Shown piece after piece: positions 8,011-18,564 of a stretch of 63,908 nucleotides of DNA. Location: positions 1 through 63,908 of IMG/VR virus record IMGVR_UViG_3300032087_005153; one strand, 5' to 3'. This DNA comes from a virus. Taxonomy: Duplodnaviria; Caudoviricetes. Numbering within the stretch: position 1 is the stretch's first letter; each line of letters starts with the position of its first letter. The notes under the pieces are model-generated. The model ran no database searches. It was not told where the DNA came from and saw only the letters and a list, made by a program, of their open reading frames with translations. A program made the translations under genes and the position numbers.

Positions 8011-10509
8011 ATGATTTTTGGACCTCAATTATTACACGAGCTATTAGTCTCAGCCGCCACTTCGCCCCCTCAAACAGCACCCGACCCTTTAGCTCCAACT
8101 GCTGGTAATGAGCTAGGCAATTATACAGCTCATCCTGATTATGTTAATTTTACAAACCCACAAAAATATAAGGCAATATACAATGACCCTGCCACTGGAA
8201 GACTATGGAGAACAGATGCAGGTTTTGGCAAGATATTGACCTCAACAGACGGTGGAAATACTTGGAGTGAAGAACCTTTTAATGGGGTCTCATATCCTTT
8301 AGAATCACTTCCTACATTAAAATGGATTCAGGCTTTAAATATAGAAGACTTAGCAATATATGATATAAATAATGACGGGCAAGATGAATTAATATGGAGT
8401 GATACTAATCGCTGGATATATTACACTTCTTATCCAATAACAACCTCCAGTGTAACTCAAATTGAAATTCAAAGAGATAACAACGGTAATCTTGTTGCTC
8501 TTGGTTGGACATTTAAACTAAATGATAATTGGTATTCTATTAATTACGGTAGCGGATTAAATGGGTCAACGGGTTTATGGAGAAATACGGATTATAAAAA
8601 CACTCCAAATACTTGGAATCACGTAATTGATTATGCAGCATCACAAGGAGGGTCTTTTCCAACAGAAATTTCAAATAGTGCTAGAAGGCACGGTGGTGTT
8701 GCATCAACAAGTGGAACTATAATATTAAATTTAGTACCTGGGTCTCCGTATGATAATACTTATTTTAGGTCAACAGATGACGGGGCTACGTGGACTTTAT
8801 TAGGAAATATAACTGGAACATTAGCCAACTTTGACCTTAAAAGAATAGCAACAGATAATAATGATAATTGGGTATTAGCTGGTGGTGGAAATAAATATTA
8901 TTATTCTACAAATGATGGTGCTACTTGGACACAGGCAACACCCTCATATAATCCTGTAGGAGCTACAAACTGGGTAAGTAATGATGTGCTTTATTTAAAT
9001 GGTAAGTGGCTAATGATTAGAGAAAATGGTTCAGTAGGTGGCAATGATCCATCGGAACTTATTTCTACATCAACGCCATGGATTTCTAGTAGTTGGGTAC
9101 TTGAAGAAAATAATTTTTTCATTGGCAGTGTGGGTACTGGGATTACTACAGAAATTAGGTTAACTGGAATGAAACCTGCTGGGCAAAATTTAATATTAAC
9201 ATCAGGGGAAACAGGATATTTCACATATTATAAAATACCTATAATAGTCAATATTATAAATATATCTTCAAATTATGTAGCCCTTTATGGAGGATATAAA
9301 GATAGCAATGGTAACCATATTCAATCCCAATCTAATGAACATACCACTCCCGCCGAGTCTAAAAGATTAAGAAATTTATTAACAAATGAATTAGCTTTTG
9401 GTTCATCAACTCAAATTGGAATACTTCCTTATATAGATACAACTAATTTAGAGGTTGGTACAAAACTTTATGGATCAGCAAGTCATGGTAATAATCCTGC
9501 TTATTTGTGGTTTAATATGAGTGCATTTGGAGACATAAGAAATACATATGCACATTATACAATTAATTCAGACGCTTCAATGGTGTACGGTACAAATCCT
9601 ACCCCGCATGCTAATGACTATTGGGTAACAGTAAATACAACCACTAGTACTGTAGAGGCTCTTTATACTTATTCTGAAGTAACAGAAAATACATTAAAAG
9701 ATGTAACTTGTCCATTCAGCTCAGGTGGTACGGTAGGTGTTAATGGAGCATTCTTCCTTGATGGTTCAGGATATGGTACATATACAGATGCTCTTAATGC
9801 AAATATATCTACAGGGGCCAATGGAGATACCCTTTATTGTGATGCTGAAAATAAATATCCTAAAGTAGGGGATAGAACTTATCAAACACTAACATCTACA
9901 ACAAGTGATAGTTCAAACGCATATCAAAGAGCGTGGGTGCCATTTTTATTAGAAGGTACTACAAGTTCAGGAAGTGTTCAATATGCTGTTAAATTTGACT
10001 ATGCAAGCTACAATGGAACAAACAGCGATACCGCCCCTTCTCTTACAAATAGTTATTTTATTACTGAAATTAGAGATAGCAATGGTAATAGTATAACAGA
10101 AATTCCAAGTACTGTTCCAATGGGGTGGTTTGCTAATGCAGCAGATGAATATAGCGCATTTTCAACAAGATCAGATGCTTGCTCAGGAGGATTTGCTAAT
10201 TCAACAAGCATAAGAGTACACTTTAAAACTACAACAGGTACAATAGCATATCCAACAACAACCCAAGATATTATTGATGGATCACTTTCAGGTTCAGGTA
10301 CAACTTTAGATATGTACACTGATAGCAATGGCAGCCCAGCTACTAAATTTAGAGGTGGAGCTTTATATGTTGGTTTAGTTTATAAGCCTATAAGTAATCA
10401 AAACACTTCTACTCAACCTCAGCTAACTTTAATTGCTCTTGGAAGTTCAACCGATGTTCCACCTTATAATGCAGAAGGATGGTATGATTACGTGCAGTCA
10501 TGCCCATAA
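8011..10509 (+). CDS. Receptor-binding/tailspike protein with BNR (Asp-box) repeats
   Basis: STDGGNTW, STDDGATW, STNDGATW Asp-boxes; directly after fibre gene. Confidence 0.65.
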   Translation: MIFGPQLLHELLVSAATSPPQTAPDPLAPTAGNELGNYTAHPDYVNFTNPQKYKAIYNDPATGRLWRTDAGFGKILTSTDGGNTWSEEPFNGVSYPLESLPTLKWIQALNIEDLAIYDINNDGQDELIWSDTNRWIYYTSYPITTSSVTQIEIQRDNNGNLVALGWTFKLNDNWYSINYGSGLNGSTGLWRNTDYKNTPNTWNHVIDYAASQGGSFPTEISNSARRHGGVASTSGTIILNLVPGSPYDNTYFRSTDDGATWTLLGNITGTLANFDLKRIATDNNDNWVLAGGGNKYYYSTNDGATWTQATPSYNPVGATNWVSNDVLYLNGKWLMIRENGSVGGNDPSELISTSTPWISSSWVLEENNFFIGSVGTGITTEIRLTGMKPAGQNLILTSGETGYFTYYKIPIIVNIINISSNYVALYGGYKDSNGNHIQSQSNEHTTPAESKRLRNLLTNELAFGSSTQIGILPYIDTTNLEVGTKLYGSASHGNNPAYLWFNMSAFGDIRNTYAHYTINSDASMVYGTNPTPHANDYWVTVNTTTSTVEALYTYSEVTENTLKDVTCPFSSGGTVGVNGAFFLDGSGYGTYTDALNANISTGANGDTLYCDAENKYPKVGDRTYQTLTSTTSDSSNAYQRAWVPFLLEGTTSSGSVQYAVKFDYASYNGTNSDTAPSLTNSYFITEIRDSNGNSITEIPSTVPMGWFANAADEYSAFSTRSDACSGGFANSTSIRVHFKTTTGTIAYPTTTQDIIDGSLSGSGTTLDMYTDSNGSPATKFRGGALYVGLVYKPISNQNTSTQPQLTLIALGSSTDVPPYNAEGWYDYVQSCP

Positions 10510-10605
10510 AACACCATAATAATAAAAACAGTAAAAATATACAATTAAATGTAATATAATATATAACCAAAAACAAATATTTTAACCTTAAAAACCTAAA
10601 AACCT

Positions 10606-10896
10606 ATGACTTATTTTTATTACAAAACCAATTCGTGGTCAAGCGGAGAAAACCAAGTATCCGAAGAAACCAAAAAAATGTGGAAACGCTATGCTAAAAA
10701 GAAAAACTGGCGCATTACACAATTGTCAAATGGTTATTACCAAACTGAATGGAAAGACACTGACGACAAATGGAACAGTGTTACAAGAAGGGAAACTATA
10801 GATGGTGCTGAAAAAGCAATTGATTCTTCTATAGAACATTATGCAAAAAAACTTAAATTAGCAGAAGGCCCAATAGTGGTAAAAACATTTGAATAA
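10606..10896 (+). CDS. Hypothetical protein
   Basis: ORF heading the chaperonin operon. Confidence 0.7.
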   Translation: MTYFYYKTNSWSSGENQVSEETKKMWKRYAKKKNWRITQLSNGYYQTEWKDTDDKWNSVTRRETIDGAEKAIDSSIEHYAKKLKLAEGPIVVKTFE

Positions 10897-10919
10897 AAAA
10901 CAATTTAAAATTTAATTTA

Positions 10920-12476
10920 ATGGAATTTAATCAACCAAGCGAAATTGTTAAAGATTTAACTTTTGGCAATGACGCTCAGAATAGCATTATGACAGGTGTT
11001 GACAAGCTTGCAAAAGCTGTTGCATCTACAATGGGAGCGTCTGGTAAGTGCGTTATTTATGAAGATGGGCTAGGAAAGCCAATAGTTACAAAAGACGGAG
11101 TGACTGTTGCTAATAGCGTGGTTCTTATGGATCCCGTCGAAAACATCGGCGCAACCCTCATAAAAGAGGCAGCTCAAAAAACAGTAAAGGAAGCGGGTGA
11201 CGGTACTACTACAGCTACCGTCCTCGCACACTCCATTTTAAAAGAATATTGGAATATTGAAAATCCAGATATTCGTAAAATAAAAGAAGACATAAATACG
11301 GCTGCTAAAAAAGTAATTAATTACTTAGAGAGTTCAGCAAAAGAAGTTAAAGCAGGCATGCTCGACCATGTGGCAACAATATCAACTAATAACGATAAAG
11401 AATTAGGTAATATTATTGCTGAAGCCTATAATACTGTTGGTAAAGATGGTGTTGTATTAATGGAAGAATCTGAAACTGATAAAACATATGTCGATACAGT
11501 TGAAGGCGTGCAATTTGACTCAGGGCTGAAGTCACAGCACTTAATTACTGATAAAGAGAAAAATAAAGCTATTTTAGAAGAGCCTCTTGTACTTATCGTA
11601 GATTCTGAAATAGAAACTATAAGAAAAATACAAAGTGTCTTAGAATACGCTATAAAGAATAAAAAAGCTATATTGATTATAGGTAATGTTTCACAACAAG
11701 TGATGTCAGCACTTATAATGAATAAAGTTAAAGGAAATATTAAGGTCAATATAATTGACCCACCTGGTTTTTCAACCATTAGACGAGACATGCTGGATGA
11801 CCTCGCACTTATTACAGGAGCTAAAGTAATAAATGAAGAACTAGGTGATGATCTTGATTTAATTGATGAAAGTTGTTTAGGTATTGCTGCAAAAGTTGTA
11901 ACAGATGAAAATAATACAGTTATTGCTACAAATACTGAAACAGATGAAATTAAAAATCGTATATTAGCAATTGAAAAGCAAATTAAGGAAGAAAAAAATC
12001 CTTATGCTTTGAAAAAGCTTGAACAGCGTAAGGCAATGCTTTCAGGGTCTGTAGGTATTATATATGTAGGTGCAGATTCTAAAATAGAGCTTAAAGAAAA
12101 GAAAGATAGGGTTGAAGATGCTATCTATGCTGTAAAAGCAGCTTTAAAAGAAGGTATTGTTCCAGGTGCAGGTATTGCGTTACATAACGCAGCTGAAAAT
12201 ATTTCAACAAACAATACGCCTGGTGGTAATGTTTTAATGAATGCTATAAAAGCACCATACAAAACAATACTAAATAATGCTGGAATTGAATATGACTCTG
12301 ATCTTAAAAAAGGCTGGGGTATAAATGTTATAACAGGTAAAAAATGTAACCTAATCAAAGATGGTATTATTGATCCTGTATTAGTTACAAAAACTGCATT
12401 AAAAAATGCAATTTCTGTAGCAACAACAATAATGTCTGCTGATTGTGTAATATCTAATGTAAGAGAGCAATCATGA
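10920..12476 (+). CDS. groEL: Chaperonin GroEL (phage-encoded)
   Basis: TKDGVTVA, AGDGTTTATVLA, EKKDRVEDA, EGIVPGAG, GIIDP motifs; no C-terminal GGM tail. Confidence 0.97.
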   Translation: MEFNQPSEIVKDLTFGNDAQNSIMTGVDKLAKAVASTMGASGKCVIYEDGLGKPIVTKDGVTVANSVVLMDPVENIGATLIKEAAQKTVKEAGDGTTTATVLAHSILKEYWNIENPDIRKIKEDINTAAKKVINYLESSAKEVKAGMLDHVATISTNNDKELGNIIAEAYNTVGKDGVVLMEESETDKTYVDTVEGVQFDSGLKSQHLITDKEKNKAILEEPLVLIVDSEIETIRKIQSVLEYAIKNKKAILIIGNVSQQVMSALIMNKVKGNIKVNIIDPPGFSTIRRDMLDDLALITGAKVINEELGDDLDLIDESCLGIAAKVVTDENNTVIATNTETDEIKNRILAIEKQIKEEKNPYALKKLEQRKAMLSGSVGIIYVGADSKIELKEKKDRVEDAIYAVKAALKEGIVPGAGIALHNAAENISTNNTPGGNVLMNAIKAPYKTILNNAGIEYDSDLKKGWGINVITGKKCNLIKDGIIDPVLVTKTALKNAISVATTIMSADCVISNVREQS

Positions 12477-12733
12477 GGGCGGTAAATAAGTTTATTATAA
12501 TTAAATCAATTAAGGAAGAAATTAAACCTAATGAGTCTGGTTTAATTCTTACAGAAAAACATCAAGATGAGATACGATACAGAAAAGCTGAAGTACGTTC
12601 TGTTGGTAATTATGTTGAAGGAATTACTGCAGGGGATAGTATATACTACGACAGATTTGCTGGCTACGGTATAGATTATGAAGGAGAATTACTTCATGTA
12701 ATCAAAGAACAAGATGTAGTTGTTGTATTATGA
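12473..12733 (+). CDS. groES: Co-chaperonin GroES
   Basis: SGLIL mobile loop, V.SVG, GD.IYY, adjacent to groEL. Confidence 0.9.
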   Translation: MRAVNKFIIIKSIKEEIKPNESGLILTEKHQDEIRYRKAEVRSVGNYVEGITAGDSIYYDRFAGYGIDYEGELLHVIKEQDVVVVL

Positions 12734-13170
12734 GGTTAGAACCTGATGATATACGCGAAATAGGATTATTTAAATATTATAGGCTTGTTAGAAAATGGGC
12801 TTGTAAAACTTATAATCTAACTGATGCTGAATTAGAATTACTAATACATTTTGATTGCTTAGGTACATTTACGCGCAATGATTACTTAGAAGGCACTTAT
12901 ATATATTCATGGGATAAGCATCGATGGGAAAAGCTTAGAAAAAATAAATGGATAGAAGTATATGCCAAAAGAAACCATACGACTATAAAATATAACGTAT
13001 ATAAGGTTTCAACAAAATGCAAATATTTAATTGCTAGAATTTACAGAGTATTATTAGGTACAGAAGATTTGCCTTATTCAAGACGAAGTGTATTTGAAAA
13101 AGGTAAAACATATACAGATAAAGTATATACTGCTGCAATAGATAAAATGAATAAAGACACAAATAGATAA
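12730..13170 (+). CDS. Putative winged-helix protein
   Basis: LTDAELELL...LRKNKWIEV...YKVSTK pattern resembles MarR-type wHTH. Confidence 0.4.
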   Translation: MRLEPDDIREIGLFKYYRLVRKWACKTYNLTDAELELLIHFDCLGTFTRNDYLEGTYIYSWDKHRWEKLRKNKWIEVYAKRNHTTIKYNVYKVSTKCKYLIARIYRVLLGTEDLPYSRRSVFEKGKTYTDKVYTAAIDKMNKDTNR

Positions 13171-13490
13171 TGGGTTATCAAATGAAAAATAGCGTTGAAG
13201 GATTATTATCTGGAAACAGCCCTATAATTAAAAAAGACTTAGGACCAGATGTTCATGGTGAAACATTGAATGATGGGACTATAGTTATTAATAAACGTCT
13301 ATCACCTGTTCAGCAAAAATTAGCTGTTAAGCATGAGAAAGTACATAGAGATCAAATTAAGCGAGGTGATCTTTCTTATGATGAAAACTTTGTATATTGG
13401 AAGGGTAAAAAATACCCGCGTAAAACTATGAAAGAAGGGGCTAAAAATTTACCCTGGGAAGCAGAAGCATATAAAAAACAAAATAAATAA
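13170..13490 (+). CDS. Small zincin metallopeptidase
   Basis: HEKVH (HExxH) plus downstream PWEAEA. Confidence 0.65.
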   Translation: MGYQMKNSVEGLLSGNSPIIKKDLGPDVHGETLNDGTIVINKRLSPVQQKLAVKHEKVHRDQIKRGDLSYDENFVYWKGKKYPRKTMKEGAKNLPWEAEAYKKQNK

Positions 13491-13495
13491 TAATT

Positions 13496-13633
13496 ATGGA
13501 CTTACCTATTACAAAAAAAGTACACGCTCAGAAAAAAGCACCAGCACCTGTATGCCCAACTTGTATGCAACCAATTGCGCAAGGATGTGGATGTATGATG
13601 AGAGGCGGAAAAAAGATTAAAAAAAGTAATTAA
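13496..13633 (+). CDS. 45-aa basic Cys-rich peptide (not in ORF track)
   Basis: MDLPITKKVHAQKKAPAPVCPTCMQPIAQGCGCMMRGGKKIKKSN; fills the gap in the operon; CxxC/CxC. Confidence 0.65.
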   Translation: MDLPITKKVHAQKKAPAPVCPTCMQPIAQGCGCMMRGGKKIKKSN

Positions 13634-13661
13634 GCTTACCATAATATAATTTAATTTAATC

Positions 13662-14126
13662 ATGAATATTAGTGAACATATAAGCTTAAAAGAAGCAACG
13701 CGTTCAAATACTGCCAAAAGATTAGGTATTGATAATATGCCTGATAATGAAACTTTGGTAACTATGCAGATTACTGCCGAGCATGTGTTTGAACCTCTTA
13801 GAAATAAATTTAACGAACCTATTTATATATCATCATTTTATCGTTGTCCCGAATTAAATACAGCAATTGGTGGATCTACAAGATCACAACACTGTAAAGG
13901 CGAAGCGATTGATATTGATGATGTGTATAGCAAAGCTACAAATGCAGACTTTTTTAATTATATAAAAGAAAGTTTAGAATTTGATCAGCTTATATGGGAA
14001 TTTGGAGACGATGAAAATCCCGACTGGGTTCATGTTAGTTACAATTTAGGTAAAAATAGAATGAGAATACTTAAAGCTGTAAAACAAAACGGTAAAACAC
14101 AATATATAGATATTACAAATGAATGA
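13662..14126 (+). CDS. Endolysin, peptidase M15 family
   Basis: YRCPELN..IGG...SQH..GEAID and WVHVS zinc-ligand motifs. Confidence 0.85.
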   Translation: MNISEHISLKEATRSNTAKRLGIDNMPDNETLVTMQITAEHVFEPLRNKFNEPIYISSFYRCPELNTAIGGSTRSQHCKGEAIDIDDVYSKATNADFFNYIKESLEFDQLIWEFGDDENPDWVHVSYNLGKNRMRILKAVKQNGKTQYIDITNE

Positions 14127-14448
14127 TCCAATTACTTCAAGGGTGATGCGTTCGCCTTTAAAAAAGTCAAAACCACCAGCCCCCTCAAAGAAAAAATCTT
14201 TAGGATACTATAATGAAGCTAAACCTACAGGAACAGGCGCGGCAGCAGGTGGGGGTATGACACAAAAGGGTGTTGATAAATATAAAAGAGATAATCCTGG
14301 AAGTAAATTACAAACTGCAGTTACAACCCCACCTAGTAAATTAAAGCCGGGTAGTAAAGCTGCTAAAAGACGCAAAGCATTTTGCGCAAGATCTAAAAGC
14401 TGGACTTCTGAAAGAGGTAGAGCTGCTAGAAGAAGATGGAATTGTTAA
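14119..14448 (+). CDS. Basic hypothetical protein of a marine-phage type
   Basis: GGMTQKGV..Y.R.NPGSKL.TAVT...RRKAFCAR...RRWNC. Confidence 0.7.
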   Translation: MNDPITSRVMRSPLKKSKPPAPSKKKSLGYYNEAKPTGTGAAAGGGMTQKGVDKYKRDNPGSKLQTAVTTPPSKLKPGSKAAKRRKAFCARSKSWTSERGRAARRRWNC

Positions 14449-14463
14449 CTTAAATTTTATAAT

Positions 14464-14745
14464 ATGAATACGATTACAATTATTTTGGCTGTATTGGCCA
14501 CATTATCAATTTTACTAAACTTTTACCTAATATATCTTTATACTGGTAAAATAAAAGATGCAGATCGTGATATGATTGCGGATGCTGCTGAAGAAGCTGC
14601 GGCTGAAATTAAAGAAAGAGCTAAAACTGTTGTTAAAGAAATTAGCGACGTTGGTGCTGCCGTAAAAGAAGTTGGAAATCAAATAGGTGATCTTCCAAGC
14701 GCAGTTGCTGGAAAAACTAGAGTTGGCCGTAAACCTAAGAAATAA
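14464..14745 (+). CDS. Membrane-anchored helical protein (lysis-associated?)
   Basis: N-terminal TM helix; between endolysin and holin. Confidence 0.5.
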   Translation: MNTITIILAVLATLSILLNFYLIYLYTGKIKDADRDMIADAAEEAAAEIKERAKTVVKEISDVGAAVKEVGNQIGDLPSAVAGKTRVGRKPKK

Positions 14746-15161
14746 TGGCTGATAAGAAAAAATTTAAAGACACTGCTGTCGGACAATTTTTACTTAACAA
14801 AATTCCAAATGTTGTCGGGGCAATAGCGGGGGATACCCCCGTTGGCTCCGTCATAGAAGCTATTATTGGCGGATCTGATATGTCAGACGCTGATAAAGAT
14901 ATTGCTCTTGAAAAATTAAAAATGGAAAGAGCAGAAATAGATGGTGTAACAAAACGTTGGGTAGCAGACGCAAGATCAGGTAGCTGGCTTGCTTCAAATG
15001 TTCGACCATTAATATTAGTTTTTTTAACTATAAGCTATGTTATAGGCTGGTATACCGGATACTCATTAGATAATATAACCTCGTTATTAACAATTGTTAT
15101 TGGAGGCTATTTCGGTTCGCGAGGTGCAGAAAAAGTCTTTGGAAATAGAATGCATAAATAA
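14745..15161 (+). CDS. Holin (3TM/GTA-type)
   Basis: W...VRPL, TM helices, GYFGSRGAEK. Confidence 0.65.
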   Translation: MADKKKFKDTAVGQFLLNKIPNVVGAIAGDTPVGSVIEAIIGGSDMSDADKDIALEKLKMERAEIDGVTKRWVADARSGSWLASNVRPLILVFLTISYVIGWYTGYSLDNITSLLTIVIGGYFGSRGAEKVFGNRMHK

Positions 15162-15170
15162 TAAAATAAA

Positions 15171-15329
15171 ATGGAAATTAAATTAAATGAATCACAATTA
15201 CAGCGAATTAATCAGGTATTAAATGAATTACCTATTCGCGAAATCAATAAAGTAAAAGCTATTCTAGCTATTATTGATGAATCAAATCAAAGCAAAGAAA
15301 TTAAAAATGAATCTAATAAGAAAAATTAG
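15171..15329 (+). CDS. 52-aa hypothetical protein (not in ORF track)
   Basis: MEIKLNESQLQRINQVLNELPIRE..., A-rich leader. Confidence 0.55.
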   Translation: MEIKLNESQLQRINQVLNELPIREINKVKAILAIIDESNQSKEIKNESNKKN

Positions 15330-15525
15330 TATTGGCCGTGATTATAAAAACGACGCAATGCATTATTCTGTAGGCCAAGAAGTATTTGGTGGACATACAA
15401 TACATGAAATAATAGAGGAAGAAAACGAATATAATATTTATATTAAAAAAAATGATGAAGTGCTTCCTTGGAAACATTTTAATAAAAATATGGCGATAGC
15501 CGTAGAATATAATTTAGAGTATTAA
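15307..15525 (+). CDS. Hypothetical protein
   Basis: Likely start MNLIRKISIG at 15307; TAATG coupling to next gene. Confidence 0.7.
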   Translation: MNLIRKISIGRDYKNDAMHYSVGQEVFGGHTIHEIIEEENEYNIYIKKNDEVLPWKHFNKNMAIAVEYNLEY

Positions 15526-16124
15526 TGAGGCATACGCATTGTTATATTGTAGAACCAGTTAATGGAAGATACAATAACAAGAAGAATGTTGATAATAATG
15601 AACTTATATTAAATACATCTATAGAAGATCACAAGTTTGTAAATAGAAATGGATTAATAATAGCGTTGCCTATCATTAATGAAAACGAGTATCTTCAAGT
15701 TGGCGATGAAGTAATTGTACATCATAATGTTTTTAGAAGATATTATGATATGCGCGGGAATGAAAAAAATAGTAAAAGTTATTTTGAAGAAAATAAATAC
15801 TTTTGCTATCACGACCAAATATTCCTTTACAAACGTAATGGTAAATGGCATACGCCTCCAGGTTTTTGTTTTGTAAAGCCAATTCATAGCCTAAATAATT
15901 TAACAGAAGACAAAGAAGAGCCTCTTACGGGTGTTTTAAAGCACATAGGAGACGATTTAAGAAGCTTTAAATTAAATAATGATGATTTAATAGGTTTTAC
16001 GCCAAATAGCGAATATGAGTTTGTTATAGACAACGAAAGACTATATAGAGTGCCAATAAATTCAATTTCAATTAAATATGAACGCAAAGGATCTGAAGTC
16101 GAATATAATACAAGCTGGGTATAA
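15525..16124 (+). CDS. GroES-like fold protein (two tandem GroES-like halves)
   Basis: G.IIALP...LQVGDEVIVHH and G.LKH...DDLIGF beta-rich patterns; upstream of terminase. Confidence 0.45.
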   Translation: MRHTHCYIVEPVNGRYNNKKNVDNNELILNTSIEDHKFVNRNGLIIALPIINENEYLQVGDEVIVHHNVFRRYYDMRGNEKNSKSYFEENKYFCYHDQIFLYKRNGKWHTPPGFCFVKPIHSLNNLTEDKEEPLTGVLKHIGDDLRSFKLNNDDLIGFTPNSEYEFVIDNERLYRVPINSISIKYERKGSEVEYNTSWV

Positions 16125-16353
16125 AGCAGTACACGAGCTTATAAGGGTAGCAGAAGAAGAAATAATTGTGGATGGTGGCGAAGATGAACTTGCCGCGGAT
16201 AGATTAAAGAATGCTGCTGCTACCAAAAAGCTTGCAATATTTGATGCTTTTGAAATTCTTACACGTATTGAAGCTGAAAAGAATTTAATGGACAATAAAC
16301 CTGTTGAATCTAAAGAAAGCTTTAGTGGGTTTGCAGAAAGAAGATCTAAATAA
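16078..16353 (+). CDS. Putative terminase small subunit
   Basis: Helical 91-aa ORF coupled (TAATG) to terL. Confidence 0.5.
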   Translation: MNAKDLKSNIIQAGYKAVHELIRVAEEEIIVDGGEDELAADRLKNAAATKKLAIFDAFEILTRIEAEKNLMDNKPVESKESFSGFAERRSK

Positions 16354-18563
16354 TGTATAAGCAAACTTTAGTTAAAGCCGTTACACCAATAAAGCCTAAC
16401 ATTATTAAAAGAATGAATAGGTATAAAAAATGGGAATACGGTTATAATAAAGAATACGATATTATAATTATCAGTAAAGACGGAACTATTGGTGAAATAC
16501 TTGAAATACAAAATTTGTGTATAGCATTACCATCGGTTCCTAAAGAAGTAGTTAATACTGATAACAAATGGGTTGCTGAGGATTATCCTAAGGAGCTTAA
16601 AAACATTAAAAGTATATTTGATTGGGAAAGTTATCCGGAATCATTTAAATCTGAATGGTACGCATATATTGATAGAGAATTTACTAGACGTGAAGAAGGG
16701 CATTGGTTTAATAATAGAGGTGTTGCTACTTATATTACTGGTACTCATTACATGTACTTGCAGTGGACCAAGATTGATGTGGGGAAACCAGATTATAGGG
16801 AAGCAAACAGATTATTCTTTATATTTTGGGAGGCATGCAAAGCAGATAAAAGAAGTTATGGAATGTGCTACCTCAAAAATAGACGGTCTGGCTTTAGCTT
16901 CATGTCGTCCGCGGAAACTGTTAACCAAGCAACAATTACATCAGATGCTAGATTTGGAATATTATCAAAGTCCGGAGCTGATGCTAAAAAAATGTTTACC
17001 GATAAAGTTGTACCCATATCGGTTAACTATCCATTCTTTTTCAAACCCATACAAGATGGAATGGACAGGCCGAAATCAGAATTGGCATACAGGGTACCAG
17101 CATCAAAGCTTACTAAAAAGTCGATTACAGAAAAGAGTGAAAGACAAATACTCGAGGGGCTTGATACAACAATAGACTGGAAGAATACAGGTGATAATAG
17201 TTATGACGGTGAAAAACTAAAACTATTAGTGCATGATGAATCAGGTAAATGGGAAAGACCTGATAATATATTAAATAACTGGAGAGTTACAAAAACAACA
17301 CTACGACTGGGTAGTAGAATTATTGGTAAATGTATGATGGGGTCAACATCCAATGCATTAGAAAAAGGAGGTGACAACTTTAAAAAACTTTATCATGACT
17401 CAGACGTTACAAAAAGAAATCGCAATGGACAGACTAGCTCGGGATTATATAGTTTGTTCATACCTATGGAATGGAACTACGAAGGATACATTGATTCTTT
17501 TGGATACCCTGTCTTTGATACTACAGAAGAACCCGTCCTTGGAGTGGATGGAGAATACATCGATACAGGTGTCATCAACTTTTGGGAAAATGAAGTTGAG
17601 GGGTTAAAGCATGATAGCGACGGTTTAAATGAATATTATCGGCAGTTTCCAAGAACAGAAGAACACGCTTTTAGAGATGAAGCTAAAAATAGTATATTTA
17701 ATTTAGCTAAAATATACGAGCAAATTGATTTTAATGAAGATGCAACTCGCGATGGTCTTATAACAAAAGGATCATTTAATTGGGAAAATGGTATTAAAGA
17801 TTCAAAAGTAATATTTACACCAAACCCTAACGGAAGGTTTTTAATTTCTTGGGTTCCAGATAAAAATATTCAAAATAATGTAATACTAAAAAATGGTATA
17901 AAATATCCCGGTAATGAGCATATAGGTGCCTTTGGATGTGACTCATATGATATATCCGGCACAACAGATGGAGTTGGTTCAAAAGGAGCGCTTCATGGGC
18001 TTACTACTTTTAGTATGGAAAATGCACCGCCGCATACATTTTTTTTAGAATATGTATCAAGACCGCAAACAGCAGAAATGTTTTTTGAAGATGTTTTAAT
18101 GGCTATTGTATTTTATGGAATGCCAATACTTGCTGAAAATAATAAGCCTAGATTATTGTATCATTTAAGAAGAAGGGGTTATAGAGGATTTTCAATGAAT
18201 CGGCCAGATAAAATTTGGAATAAGCTTTCTGTAACAGAAAAAGAAATAGGTGGTATACCTAATACATCTGAAGATATAAAACAAGCTCATGCCGCAGCTA
18301 TTGAAACATATATAAATAAATATGTGGGATATACAGAAGAAGGTAATAGTGGTAATATATATTTTAATAAAACACTAAATGATTGGGCTAAATTTGATAT
18401 AAATAAAAGAACAAAGTATGACGCTGCTATTAGCTCTGGGCTCGCTATTATGGCTTGCAATAGGCATTTATATCATCCAAAACCAAAAATAGAACGTCAA
18501 GAGCTGGGTATAAAAATAAAAAGATTTAATAATAAAGGAATGCATTCGCAAATAATTAAATAG
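16353..18563 (+). CDS. terL: Terminase large subunit
   Basis: KNRRSGFS Walker A, LLVHDESGK Walker B, GSTSN, nuclease GCD...YD; precedes portal. Confidence 0.92.
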   Translation: MYKQTLVKAVTPIKPNIIKRMNRYKKWEYGYNKEYDIIIISKDGTIGEILEIQNLCIALPSVPKEVVNTDNKWVAEDYPKELKNIKSIFDWESYPESFKSEWYAYIDREFTRREEGHWFNNRGVATYITGTHYMYLQWTKIDVGKPDYREANRLFFIFWEACKADKRSYGMCYLKNRRSGFSFMSSAETVNQATITSDARFGILSKSGADAKKMFTDKVVPISVNYPFFFKPIQDGMDRPKSELAYRVPASKLTKKSITEKSERQILEGLDTTIDWKNTGDNSYDGEKLKLLVHDESGKWERPDNILNNWRVTKTTLRLGSRIIGKCMMGSTSNALEKGGDNFKKLYHDSDVTKRNRNGQTSSGLYSLFIPMEWNYEGYIDSFGYPVFDTTEEPVLGVDGEYIDTGVINFWENEVEGLKHDSDGLNEYYRQFPRTEEHAFRDEAKNSIFNLAKIYEQIDFNEDATRDGLITKGSFNWENGIKDSKVIFTPNPNGRFLISWVPDKNIQNNVILKNGIKYPGNEHIGAFGCDSYDISGTTDGVGSKGALHGLTTFSMENAPPHTFFLEYVSRPQTAEMFFEDVLMAIVFYGMPILAENNKPRLLYHLRRRGYRGFSMNRPDKIWNKLSVTEKEIGGIPNTSEDIKQAHAAAIETYINKYVGYTEEGNSGNIYFNKTLNDWAKFDINKRTKYDAAISSGLAIMACNRHLYHPKPKIERQELGIKIKRFNNKGMHSQIIK

Positions 18564-18564
18564 C

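Noticed and set aside
932-10509. Diversity-generating retroelement or invertase acting on fibres
   Set aside because: No reverse transcriptase or recombinase, and no template/variable repeat pair noticed
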